Shown: piece after piece, positions 51,044-63,770 of the stretch
Position numbering within the stretch: position 1 is the first letter of the stretch
Layout of the letters: each line of letters begins with the position of its first letter
Assembly (NCBI RefSeq): GCF_963921235.1
Contig: NC_086099.1
Span: forward strand, 87,296,001-87,360,000
Reading direction: 5' to 3'
Source of the DNA: Mobula hypostoma
Taxonomy: Eukaryota
Length of the DNA: 64,000 nucleotides
Made by a program: the position numbers and the translations under genes
The notes under the pieces: model-generated
Databases searched by the model: none
Seen by the model: only the letters and a program-made list of their open reading frames with translations
What the model was told of the DNA's origin: nothing

Positions 51044-51130
51044 ATGGCAGCAGCTCGTAAAGTCATCGTGTACGGAGGAAAGGGCGCCCTAGGAACCAAA
51101 TGCGTGGAGATTTTTAAATCTAAGCACTGG
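51044..51130 (+). CDS. QDPR: dihydropteridine reductase exon 1
   Basis: MAAARKVIVYGGKGALGTKCVEIFKSKHW|gtatgt. Rossmann GGxGALG motif. Confidence 0.96.
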
Positions 51131-51489
51131 GTATGTAGCTAAAGTGGGAACGACTGTGTCCTGGGCACACGGTCAACGCTAGGGACATGTAACTGGGTGA
51201 TAAAATGAATTCAATTCAGAGTTTCTCAATTAAATGTGCTGTGCGAAGCGAAATACACGTTCAACACTAAAGTGTTGAAACGTGAAATGACCTGTGATTT
51301 TACATTTAAGTAACTAAGCGTTACACTTGTCTTTCGTTCTGCACTCAGCACGTTGTGCTTGGTGACCAGTGGAGCCACAGGTGGATTGACAGATGGGCGG
51401 ACATATATGTCAGATTGTGTTGGAGTTTCATCATCGCCTGGATTTGTTTCATGATCCTGTTATCGTGTTATAACTTTTCTCTGTTGCAG

Positions 51490-51582
51490 TGGGTTGCCTC
51501 CATTGATTTCACATCTAATGAAGAGGCGAATGCGAGTGTCATTGTAAAGACGAGCGAGTCCTTCACCGAGCAGGCAGAGCAG
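51490..51582 (+). CDS. QDPR: QDPR exon 2
   Basis: 93 nt, cag|[31 protein letters not shown]|gtaaca. Confidence 0.96.
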
Positions 51583-52367
51583 GTAACAGCTGAAGACTAT
51601 CATAGCCACAGGTGACACCTACTCCTAAAGATACAGCAGAGCAGACGACATTTAGTCCTGGTGTGTGCAGGCGAAGAAGGTGATTATGGTTCTTGACAGG
51701 TGTGGACGAAAAGGTGACAACAGCTACATACAGGTACAGGTAGACCAGGTGACAGCTGCTATTGATACAATGAGTAGGTGACAGTCGGTAGGGATGCTAT
51801 CTCCATCACAGGAGCCTAGATGATAATTGATTCTGACAAGTACATCTGGATGGCAACTGCAGTGGATTGAGACAAGCAGAACAGTAATAAATGTAAGGCA
51901 GGGTCTTATAATTAATAAGATGGATATGAGCATACATATTAGGAGCACAAGTAACCCAAAGAGACTTCAAGCCTTTTCTACAGTTCTAAAAGATCATAGC
52001 TGATCTAACTGTAATTTCAACTCTGCATGCCTATCTATCCCTGGTAACCTTTCACCCCTTGCTAATCCAACATCCATCTGCCTCTGTCTTCACAATATTC
52101 AGTAGCTCTATTCCCACCAGCCTTTTCAGGAAGAGAGCTTCAGACTGGTGACGATGAGAGGAAAACATTTGCTCCACTTCTGCCTTAAATATGCAACTGC
52201 CTTGTTTTTAAACAGTGACTGGTAGTACTGGATTCTCCCAGTAGAGGAAACATCCTCTCCCTCTTTACCCTCTCAACACATCTCAGGACCTTAGGGTGAA
52301 TGGAAAATTCATCTATTGGTTGTGAAAGCAAAGATAGAAGTTTTACATGTCGTTCTCATTTGGATAG

Positions 52368-52464
52368 GTTACCGCTGATATTGCCAGCCTTCTTGGGGAA
52401 CAGAAGGTGGATGCCATCATCTGTGTAGCAGGGGGTTGGGCAGGTGGCAGTGCCAAAGCAAAAT
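52368..52464 (+). CDS. QDPR: QDPR exon 3
   Basis: 97 nt, tag|[32 protein letters not shown]|gtaagt. Confidence 0.96.
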
Positions 52465-53192
52465 GTAAGTGTGTATACTTTACACAGCCACAGCACTCAT
52501 TTATACAAGGACAATGTTTTAATCAAAATGCATATGATTTAGCAATTAAGGATTTTGCATGAATGCATGATATTAAGTTCTAATTTTACTAAGCTTATGA
52601 TAACATCTTGTCACTTCTGCCTTAAATCAGCAGAATGAATTCATTTGGGAAAATTCCTGTTTTTAACATGCTACCTGAATGAGGGTGTGAATGCCTTTGG
52701 GTTTATCGATCCTAAGTTTACATTAGGTTGAATGTCCTGTTTTACCTTTCGGATCATGCATGCTCTGATAATTCTGTGTACTTAGAAGTGACCAGCTGTA
52801 GTCCTTCCATACTTTAGCATGGGGAATGATGCTAAGTGCATGAGAGTAATTAATTGAAATTTAAGATTAATTATGGAAAGATGAAACCACAATATTACAT
52901 GGATGCAATCAGGTCTGTCCCGCAGGTGTAGGAGTAATGAAGGGCCCTAATGCTTTCTGATTCTTTGCTCTGCAGCCTTGCATTAAAGAAAATATTTCAA
53001 CTGTCTCCTTGCTTATTTCTGTGGGGCTATTAAGTAAACACTGATATTGTAATAACAAAGATACTTCAGATGCATACCATTTTCCTTTGACATTTTGGGG
53101 AAATGATCCTCTGTTTACATTTTGCAATATGGCTAATCTTTGTCTGATGCGAAATAAAATTTGGCAATGACTTGTTGTTTTATTTCTCAAAG

Positions 53193-53333
53193 CTCTTTAT
53201 AAAAATGCTGACTTGATGTGGAAGCAGAGCATGTGGACATCTACAATCTCCAGTCATTTAGCCACAAAATATCTCAAAGATGATGGCTTGTTGGCACTTA
53301 CTGGAGCAAGTGCTGCTTTAAGTGGGACACCAG
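53193..53333 (+). CDS. QDPR: QDPR exon 4
   Basis: 141 nt, aag|[46 protein letters not shown]|gtgagt. Confidence 0.96.
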
Positions 53334-53889
53334 GTGAGTAGGACTTTCCTGATTGCTCTCTGAAAATATTAAATGGATTTTATTACCATTAGGTCTTTAA
53401 GTCTTATCAAATGTATGTATGTATCTGCTGCTTTGCTATGTAATTTGAAATGCTACCAAAAAATAACTTGGTCTTTCTTATTTTTGGTGTACATATACAT
53501 TTATATAATGGACTGATTGAGGAGTACAGTGGAATTAGTCACTAATTCATTAAAGATCCAGATGCAGTTTCAACATTGGAGCATAATTCAATAGTATGAA
53601 CTTCTGAAAGTTTATTTTACTTCTAAGTAATGTTTGAAGAACTTTGAGGTTGTCTGAGATATTGCAGCAGCAGATATTAGGACAATCATTTCACTCAATA
53701 GCCTCATTGTAATTAGTGCATATATTTGAAAAGGAACAATGACACCAGGATCTTGAGCTGCAACAGTTAAGTGTGAGACCTTTAGGGAAAGGAGTTCTGG
53801 AAGGGTAAAGTTTCCTGTAGATTTTTTAACAGGTCCCCTATGTTCTTGATTGTTCTGGTAAAGCACCTTCCATGCATTGTACCTTACCT

Positions 53890-54202
53890 TATGACTGTGA
53901 AGCTAAGCACAGCCCCAATCCAATTTTTAAGTTTGTTGATGATACCACTGTTGTTGGCTGAATCAAAGATGGTGATGAATTAGCAGATAGGAGAGAGATT
54001 GAAAATCTGGCTGAGTGGTGCCACAACAACAACCTCTTATTCAATGTCGGCAAAACCAAGGTACAGAAACCTGAGAAGAGTTTCTTTGTCATATATGCTG
54101 GGAAAGCACCTTTTTCAGGGAGTTGATTGTTGACTTCAGCAGGTGGAACCCAGAGGTCCATGAGCCAATCCTCACTGGAGGATTGGAGGTGGAGAGGGTC
54201 AG
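53890..54202 (+). mobile_element. Rex1 RT fragment
   Basis: FKFVDDTTVVG...EIENLAEWCHNNNLLFNVGKTK. Confidence 0.75.
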
Positions 54203-54539
54203 CGATTGAAACACCTTGACTGCACACAGGTCCCCAAAAACATATCTCCATTTAACTAATTATGTGAATTTTAAAACCAACTGGCTGCACCAGTGATGAT
54301 TTGGTGCGTCATATTAAACGGGGAGAAAACACTTATGCAATCAATTATTTTGTGTTTTAGATTTGTAATTAATTTGGATCACTTTGTAAAGATCTGTTTT
54401 CACTTTGACACAGAAGAGTCTTTTTCTGTTTATCAGTGTCAAAAAGGCCAAATTAAATCCGCTGTGATTCAATGTTGTAAAATGATAAAACAAGAAAACT
54501 TCCGGGGTGGGGGGGGGTGAATATTTTTTACAGACACTG
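54203..54539. mobile_element. Tc1/mariner terminal fragment
   Basis: Ends ggggtgaatattttttacagacactg|ta, with an internal repeat of the same subterminal motif. Confidence 0.75.
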
Positions 54540-56690
54540 TATATATACTTTGATAATAAATTTACTTTGAAATTCAAACTTGCTTTAATTCATTTTGAAA
54601 CTGGCAGTGAGATCAGAATCTTGAGGAACTTTAATGGACATCCTTAAATAAATTAAAATATTTAACTTATTGCATTGACATTTACTTAACTTGCGATTAA
54701 TCTGGAATAATTAAAAAACACCTATTTCTGTAGCAATGATCTAGAAACCATAGGATTATCTCAGATATCCATTTGGTTCAGCAGTGTCCTTCTAGGAAGG
54801 AAATTTGCCATTCATACATGCTGCATGTGATGCCAGATCCATTAATCTCTTCCATTCAGAGCGAGTTAGAGATGGGAGATAAATGCCTGTATAACCAGAT
54901 CCTCATCCTATGTGTGGGCTATCCATTCCCACTGAGCCCTCTGCAACCTCTTTTGTCGGTTCTTAATTTCAGTCATATGGCCTTTGGCATCTTGTCCGAA
55001 CTGAGCTGCCAGTCTGCTTTAATCGGGGGGGGGGGGGGGAAGAAGAGTTTCAAAAAAATAACAGTTAATTTAATATCTTATTAGAATTTTAGCATGGAGC
55101 TGTTTGCTTCAGAAAGCTATGAATCAGTGGGGAGATGATAAGGATTGTCTTTACACATCGAGTTGTAGAGGTAGGAAATGACTGAAGACTGAGGAGCAGT
55201 TTCATCGGGATTCAACATTGGGAATTTGATAAATTCTTAAAAAGGAAGGAAAATCACACCACTTCACTTAAAGACAACTGGTGTAGTATTAATTGAAAAG
55301 CTATTTCGAAGAGCCAGGACAAGTGTTATCTTTTGTATGTTCTGTTGTTCTTTGAAACTATGGGACTGATTGTGCTAAATGCTTGCAGAATTTTCAGGTA
55401 TTTATAGTTCGCTCCACGGCTTCATTGGAACCAAATGGATTCTATTGAAGATGACAAGCAAATGTTTAATGCCAAAAACTCAACCCAGGTTACCCCCACA
55501 TGTCTTTGTATCAAAAGCACAATGTTTTGAAACTTTTGTGATCAAAACCATGTTTATTGTTGCCATTGTGCAAACATACCTTGGATGTGGCGGCTTCTGA
55601 ACATTATTTTAGTTACAATTTATCTTTTTATTTATTTACTATAGTTCTTCGCTGGTTTATTGCGTTTACTCATAAGAGATGTGTAAATAGTTTAAGTTTA
55701 GCAAAAATACAAAAATAACTGCTGCTGCTGTAAGCCTGAAATTAAAATAGAAAAAGATAGAAACACTCAGGTTTGGTTTCCCTCATAATTTGCTAATCTT
55801 ATCTGCTTTCAAGCTTTGGAGGTTGCAGTGGGGATAACAAATGTACTGATTATGTAAGAGAGCATGGACAGATTCATAAAATTATGAAGCAGATTTTGTG
55901 AGTTCAAAAGGTTATAACATCCTTGTGTCTTATTTATTGAAGGTATGATTTTATACTTCAATATACTTTGCAATATTGGTCTCATGATGATTATTTCAGG
56001 TTTAATTATAAGTTCCAGCCACTTAGAACCACAATTTCAGGTTCTGTGTTCAGATGAAAATGAACCAGCTGGTTTAAATTTGTGCAGGGTTGTTTGGTTT
56101 GACCTTCTGTCTAATCAATACAATGAACAACCGTTGGAGCCAGTGAACTGTGACCGGTTTCCTAATGTGCACTGTCAATAATTAGTCAGTCGGAACCATT
56201 ACTGCTGGGTTTTAAGGATTTGCTTTTTTGACAATAGAATGCAGTTCATAGTTCTTTTAGATCAATCTACTCTTTAGGAAACCACTAAAAATTGAATGTT
56301 AATGATCTTGCTTTCCAAACATACTTATTGGCATTTCTTTATAATGGTAAATATTAAACCTCTGATTAGTTTAAAGTTTATTATTTAACTATTTATTCCT
56401 TATATAAAGATGTCGTTTCTAAATTATGTTTTAATTATTTTGTCTTCGTATCAACCACAAAGATCTTTGGAATGGATTATACTTATATTTGCCTGGCAAT
56501 CCTATAAAGAATTGGTAGCTTCCTGTCACCTGTTATGCAACTTGCCTCTAACTTTCATGTCTGCATGTAAAAATACAGAAGTCAAAGGTGAGCTGGAGGT
56601 CAGATGAAGCTCATCTGATAATCTACACCACCAGTGGTCTTGTCATTGAACCTGGCAGTTTAATGCAGGAACCAAGGTTACTGAACCTGA

Positions 56691-57608
56691 TGCTACGTCC
56701 ACACTAGACCGGAAAATTTTGAAAAGGCTGATTTTGAGTAAAAATGACAGGCATCCACACTAGGCGTTTTTCAAAATATCTCTGTCCACATTAAAATGGA
56801 TATTTGGGCAAATCTACTCCTACTGGGCATGCGCAGGCACATCTACAGAAAACAAGTGAAGAGGAAACGGTATAATATTTACGTTTCTGCGGCGGCATTG
56901 TGCTATTTCCATTGGTCGAAAACTAGAGTACCAACAATAACAGCAAAAGAAAGTTTTCAACAATGTCTTTGAGGAATACAAAGAAAACCTCCACTGGAAA
57001 AAGCAGACCGGACTTCTTCGTTTAGACAGACAATGAAGTCGAGCTGTTTCTACGAGTTACAAACGACTACAAAGTCAGCAAAGCAGTGGAGAACATGGAG
57101 ATGTTTAATTCCAAACAAGCTAATAACGTAGACAATAAAGTAAACAACACATGCATGAAGCTGTCCTCTACCCAAGATCAACAAGAGAGTGGAATCTTCT
57201 GCCGCCAGACCTGCGCAGTATTTCTGACATTAATATTTTTAAAGATAGACTCAATCAAATCAATTTAGGGTATCTAGTCAAAAAAGCTCACTTTACAATT
57301 TAGCTCTCACACAGTTCACACCGACTGCACGTTATAACAGCCGTCCGGCAGTGCTTGCACAGTACCAAGCAGAAGCAGAAAAAGCATTGTTGTTGTGGTG
57401 TTGTCATGACAGTGTTTTTAAATATCTCTGTTTACCCCGTCCATACTACAACATGCAACAATCGTTTTCAAATTTACACGCTCTGGAGAGTGTTTTAGAA
57501 AAGCTCCGTTTTCGGGGGATGAAAACGCCGTTTCAATGTGGATGGAGGGTCAAAACAAAGAGAAAGGGCTTCATTTTCAAAATTATCCAGCCTAGTGTGG
57601 ATGTAGCC
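56691..57608 (+). mobile_element. PIF/Harbinger non-autonomous element with Myb/SANT-like remnant
   Basis: TIRs (t)gctacgtccacactag / ctagtgtggatgtagcc; 3-bp TSD tga; internal FFV*TDNEVELFLRVTNDYKVSK. Confidence 0.85.
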
Positions 57609-59307
57609 TGAGTTTACTTATTTTACTTTGATTTAATATTCCCATTGCCTGTGATATTTACTTATTTATGTTAAAAACAATTTCAAGATATTCAACTCTA
57701 CTTGAACGATTTTTAAAAATTCTCTGAAAACATTCTCCTTATCAGAGGTTACACATTCCCCCTGTGACTGCGTTGGTTTCCTCCCCCATACCAAAGACGT
57801 GCGGGATGGCATGTTAACAGGACACTGTAAATTATCCCTCGTGTATTATAGAGTGGTGGAACTTGTGAGATGTTCTGAAAAGGTGGGAGAAGAAAATGGA
57901 TTTATGTAAATGGGTGTTTAATGGATGACATGGTCTCCTTTGCCTTGTTTTTGTGCTGCATCACGATGACTCTATGACAAGTTGACAAAAATAAATGGTT
58001 AAAAGCCCCTTGAACAATTTTTAGTGCAATAGTGCCAAAGACATAGACTATCAAAATGCCATCAGGGCTGCCCGGATGGTCTGATTGTGGGATGACTCTC
58101 AGATATCAAGGGTCAGTATGGTCCATCAGATTCCAAACGGGTCAGTCTGGGTGGGATCACAACAGGTTAATGTGGGCGGGATCACAACACTGGTGAGTTC
58201 AGGTAGAAGGCTGGATGCAATCCAAAGGATTGTTATTTACCTCATTATTTATCCCTTTCCTAATCTTGAAGACCTCTGTTGTGACTGAACTAAAACTGAG
58301 TCACAAGGGAGCTGTAACTGGGAAATATAGAAGTCTTTTTTCACACAGCAAACTTTCAGCAGAGAGAGTCCAAAAGAATCTCACTGTCCTGACAGGAAGT
58401 TTTATACTTCTTCAACACAACGATTACAATAAATGATTAACTACAGATTCAATTAATAGTCAGCTACTTAACTTGAACATTTTGAATATAGTTAGGTAAA
58501 TTTACAGAATTTATACTTACAATGGTAGCATATCACAACTAGCAGAACCCCTTTTGAATAGTCAATGCTGGTGTCTGTTTCAAAAGCCAGACACATGAAA
58601 TATACCCCTTTTGTTACAGTATTGTGGGATATCTCCATGAATGCACAACCAACCAGAAAGTTAAGAGACTCTACTGTGCATTAAATAGCAGGAACGTTCA
58701 CCTATTGTCATCTCCAATGTAATTTCAATGGGACAGAATCAAAATGTCCCATTAAGTTGTGCACAGGTTTTATTTCTTAAAGACTGGTTCTTATTTTAGT
58801 TAATCCGTAATTATGCTACCCATAATGTCATTACTCCAGAATGATCCCTAACATCCAACATCAGGTCAAATGTCATAAAGTAAAGCCTAACTTGAAGCCT
58901 CTTCATAATTTTGGGTAGAGTTTATAAATTCAAAGAGAAGGAGATTAGTTCATTGGTTCAAAAGTATGTCAATTAAGGAGCATGGGAATGATTAGACTGA
59001 GAGGATTGTGTAATTAGATTAGGAGGGGCCTTGATTGTGAAAAATACTGAACAAATACAACATATTAGGATTGCAATGTGCGGTACCATTTTTGACTGAA
59101 AAGGATGCCTGGTTGAGTATCTGCTGAGTGATTCTGAGTGTGGAATCTCTAGAAGTCATGGTGCAGCCATTTGGTGGGTGGGGAAATAAAACAGCTTGAT
59201 CTCCCATTTAACATGTCTTTGTGGTTGTTGTGATTGAGGTTAAGAACTTACCTTTGCTTTAAGAACTGCACCAGTTTTGTGTTTCAGCCCATCTGTTTCC
59301 CATTTAG

Positions 59308-59416
59308 GAATGGTGGGCTATGGCATGGCAAAAGCAGCTGTACATCAACTGTGTCGGAGTCTAGCTGGAGAGAACAGTGGATTGCCAGTTGGATCTTCTG
59401 CTCTTGCAATTTTGCC
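59308..59416 (+). CDS. QDPR: QDPR exon 5
   Basis: 109 nt, tag|[35 protein letters not shown]|gtaagt. SDR catalytic YxxxK. Remaining exons are beyond the window. Confidence 0.96.
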
Positions 59417-60413
59417 GTAAGTATCAAGTCCACCCTGAACATGCTAATATTCCCTGTCCCATTTCGGGAGAAAATTACTGTTATCTCTCACAAAGCACTT
59501 GGCATTAATTGTCAGTTGATTGAACTGATGCATGGTGTGCTAGCAATATGCATCTTGAAATTTAGAATAAAATATTTAAAGTTAAATACTTCAATATTTC
59601 AGTCCTGTTTAAATAAGCTTTTTGTCTGTGTTTTATGTGTTATTCCACATTTCTGTAAGACTGTTGTATTTGTGCAAAAAGAATTTATTTTCTGTCATAT
59701 CACATCCTTGGGATTTGGACATGTCTCTGTTTTGTCTGCTGATTAACTTCTATCATTTCCTTCTAACCCTCTGGGGTAATGAACATATTAAGTCTCTTCT
59801 AATCTATCATTACTGTGTTCACTCTTATAATCATTTTGGTTGTTGCTGCTGGCTCAAGGCTATTGCTTTTTTAATAATCGTAGGATTTTTCTCTCTATGC
59901 CAAAATTTTCCTGCATCCTATGTCATGCCTACCCATCCCATTGTGTTTGTTCACGTATGTTGTCTGCCAGAGTTTCACATTTAATATCCTCAGTCTTAAA
60001 TTCATAATTCTCTCCTGCGAAGTGTTTTCTGATGCTTAACACAAATGTTATATAGATGTAATTTCTTGATATTTTTCATGGTAGTGAGATCTCTCCTTTG
60101 CCCTCCTCTGTCCTGGCATCTCCCTAAACTTCCTTGCCTTTTAACCTCTCTCTCAATTGAGTCATCTCCTGTCGTGTGTGTGACTGATTATCCACTTTTG
60201 ATTATATATCTGTAAAGCATTTTGAAATGATAGTTTCATTTGCAACAGATTTCTGTTCCAGTCCTGGAATGTTCATGTTACTTGTGGATGTGACATTTTC
60301 TGGTGATTGACTTAATAATTGTCTTACTGTTTACTGCAAGTATTCAATGTACTCTTACTTCAATAAACTGACTGCTAGATATTAATTACTAAAAGCTGCT
60401 TTAAAAGAACAAA

Positions 60414-60568
60414 CATACATAAAGGTTGCTGGTGAACGCAGCAGGCCAGGCAGCATCAATAGGAAGAGGTACAGTCGATGTTTCGGGCCGAGACCCTTCG
60501 TCAGGACTAACTGAAAGAAGAGATAGTAAGAGATTTGAGAGGGGGAGGGGGAGATCCAAAATGATAGG
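60414..60568 (-). mobile_element. 155-bp Penelope terminal fragment containing the hammerhead (60472-60513)
   Basis: Matches about 1134-1291. 11-bp TSD aaaagaacaaa at 60403-60413 and 60569-60579. Confidence 0.88.
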
Positions 60569-61204
60569 AAAAGAACAAAGTTTATTTCACTCATTAGTAA
60601 CCAGAGTTAGTAAAAAAAACTGCAGAAACCTGAAATAAAATATTCAATAGGTGAGGCAGCATTATGGCACTGTAGTATAGCGGTTAGTGTAACACTTTAC
60701 AATGCCAGCTGTAAGATTAGAATTCACTTCCCATCTGTCTGTAAGCAGTTCGTACGCTCTCCCCATAACCGCATGGGTTTCTTCCGCGTAATATGGTTTC
60801 CTCCCACATTCCAAAAGCGTCTGGTAAGGATTAGTGAGTTGTGCGCCTCTGTGTTGGTGCTGTAAGTGTGGCGATACACTGGGCTATCCAGCACAATCAT
60901 CGCTGATTTGATGTGACACAAACAATGCTTTTCACTGTATGCTTTTACGTGAGACAAATAAAGATCATCCTCTCATATCCTCTTATCCATTTACGCAGAG
61001 GAAAACAGTTAATATTTGAGGTCAGTGATGTTTTCTGGAACAGTTCTGTTGAAAGATTATCAGCCTTAAACTGGCTGAGTGTTCCAACAATTTCTATTTT
61101 AATTTCATTTTACTCTTTTCTGCTTTTGCCTTTCTTAAACTGAACACTATACATCGCTTAACCACACACTTTAGAAATATTTTATAATGTTATCATGCAC
61201 AATC

Positions 61205-62705
61205 TTCAATCAAAGTTCAAAGTACATTTATTATCTTAGTTCATAAATGTCACCATATACAACCCTGAGATCCATTTTCTTGTGGGCACACTCATAAGTC
61301 CATAATAGAATAATAACTATAATAGAATCAGTGAAAGACCACACCAACTTGGCATTCAACCAGTTTGCAAAAGACAACAAACTATGCAAATACAAAAAGA
61401 AATAATAATAATAAATAAATATTGAGAAAATGACATGAAGAGTCCTTGAAAGTGAGTCCATAGGTTGTGGAAACCTTTCAATGATGGGGCAAGTGAAGTT
61501 GAATGAAGTTATCTCCTTTGGTTCAAGAGCCTAATGATTGAGGGGTAATAACTGTTACTGAACCTGGTGGTGTAAGTCCTGAGGCTCCTGTACCTTCTTC
61601 CTGATGGCAGCAGCAAGAAGAGGTCGTGTCCTGGGGGTCCCTGATAATGGATCCTGCTTTCCTGCAACAACACCATGTAGATGTGCTCAGTGATAGGTAG
61701 GGCTTTACCAGACATCCCACCTCTCCCGGAAGTTCCGGGAGTCTCCCGCATATTAATAGTGGCTCCCTGATGCCCGCAAATTATATACAATATCACAGAA
61801 ATCAATTTTTTGAGAGAGAGCAAGAGAGCGCGCGCGAGAGAGAGAGCAAGAGCGAGAAAGCAAGCGCAAGAGCGAGCGCGAGTGAGGGCGACCATGAGAG
61901 AGCGAGAGCGAGAGCAAGGGTGAGAAAGCAAGTGTGAGAGAGAGTGACCAGGAGTGAGAGAGCTCGCGTGCACAAGAGAGAGGGCAAGAGCGAGAGAGTT
62001 CCAAAAAAAGTCAGAGTGGCAGAGTGTTCCAAGAAAAGAAAATATAAAACGTACGTCACTCCAGCCTACACTAAAGTGTACCCCTGCCTAATATGGGTCA
62101 AAAATAATGACAGTTTTGCTCGCTGCACTGTTTGCAACAGTGACTTTTCTATTGCCCATGGTGGGTTAAGACTGTAAAAGACATGTTGAGGTGAGTTTAA
62201 CAGGTGTCATTCATTCATTAGCATAGCTAACGTTATTTAAACTAGCTGGCTAGCTGCTAAGGAGCTACTCTATTGCAGACATCCCACCTCTCCCAGAAGT
62301 TCCGGGAGTCTCCCACAAATTGATGGTGCTACCGTCCCTGAAATGAGTTTTTGCAGGATGGGATGTCTGGCTTTACCCGTAATGGACTGGGCTATGTCCA
62401 CAACTTTTCATAGGGTTTTCCGTTTTGGGGCATTGGTGTTTCCATACCAGGCCATAATGCAACCAGTCAATATACTCTCCACCATGCATCTATAGAAGTT
62501 TGTCAGAGATTTACAAAGTGTAGATGTCATGCCGAATCTTCACAAACTCCTAAGGAAGTAGAGGTGCTGCTGTGCTTTCTTCGTAATTGTACTTATGTCC
62601 TGGGCCCAGGACAGGTCCTCCGAAATAATAACACTGAGGCATTGGAAGTTGCTGACCCTCTCCATCTCTGATCCTCCAGTGAAGACTGGCTCATGGACCT
62701 CTGTT
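61205..62705 (-). mobile_element. Rex1-type LINE 3' end, interrupted by the element at 61709-62369
   Basis: KKAQQHLYFLRSL; LLPSGRRYRSLRTYTTRFSNSYYPS; ctttgaactttga tail. Confidence 0.85.
61709..62369 (+). mobile_element. non-autonomous DNA transposon (probable hAT) with BED-finger-like remnant
   Basis: TIRs cagacatcccacc / gatgggatgtctg; 7-bp TSD gctttac; ARCTVCNSDFSIAHGG; internal repeat of the terminal motif at about 62276; GA-rich simple repeat. Confidence 0.88.
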
Positions 62706-62917
62706 TCAATTCCAGCAAAAAATGTTTCAGAGGTCTTGTACATCAGATGCTTAAATAGTTGAAGGTGGGATTAGATTAATGCTAAATACCATTCTGAGTA
62801 ACATTTGATGATGTAGTAAAACAAAAAAGCACCACAGAAGAATGATTGTACATATTTGAAATTTGAACCAAGTCCATTTGATTTCAACATCTCTTTGAAT
62901 CCAAAGGGTTACCTGCT

Positions 62918-63281
62918 ATAGTCATAGTCATAGTCATACTTTATTGATCCCGGGGGAAATTGGTTTTCATTACAGTTGCACCATAAATAATTAAATAGTA
63001 ATAAAACCATAAATAGTTAAATAGTAATATGTAAATTATGCCAGGAAATAAGTCCAGGACCAGCCTATTGGCTCAGGGTGTCTGACCCTCCAAGGGAGGA
63101 GTTGTAAAGTTTGATGGCCACAGGCAGGAATGACTTCCTATGACGCTCTGTGCTGCATCTCGGTGGAATGAGTCTCTGGCTGAATGTACTCCTGTGCCCA
63201 CCCAGTACATTATGTAGTGGATGGGAGACATTGTCCAAGATGGCATGCAACTTGGACAGCATCCTCTTTTCAGACACCACG
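62918..63281 (-). mobile_element. Rex1/Babar 3' fragment
   Basis: Nearly identical to 13911-14281, including the (gactat)n tail. Confidence 0.9.
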
Positions 63282-63504
63282 GTCCAAATTGTAATTCAGT
63301 AACAGGAATGGGAATGGTCTGTATTTTGTGAATGAAGTAATGGTGCCATCAGCATTGTCATTTAGCTCGTTAGACACAGAATGATTAATACATATATCAG
63401 CTGACTGAAGCTTTTTTTTTGGAGGTTTTATCATATTTATGATTTTAGAACAACATGTATTTATTACACTATTTGTTAAGAAAATATAAATGTTATAAAT
63501 AATT

Positions 63505-63770
63505 GACACAAGAGGTACAGCAGATGCTGGAAATCTAGAGCACAGTGCACTCGAGGAGCTTAGCAGGCCAGGAAGCATCTATGGTTGGGTATAAACAGTC
63601 GAGGTTTTAGGCCATGACCCTTCATCAGGACCGGAAAGGAAGGGGGAAGAAGTCAGATTAAGATGGTGGGGGAAGGGAGGAAGAAGTACAAGGTGGCAGG
63701 TGATAGGTGAAACTGGGATAGGGGGAGTGGGTGAAGTAAAGAGCTGGAAAGTTGATTGAGGGAAGGGATA
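63505..63770 (-). mobile_element. Penelope-like terminal fragment of a second subfamily, with degenerate hammerhead
   Basis: gcagatgctggaaat... terminus. Minus strand reads gtc-CTGATGA-agggtcatggcct-AAAA-cctc-gac (GAAA mutated). Confidence 0.65.
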
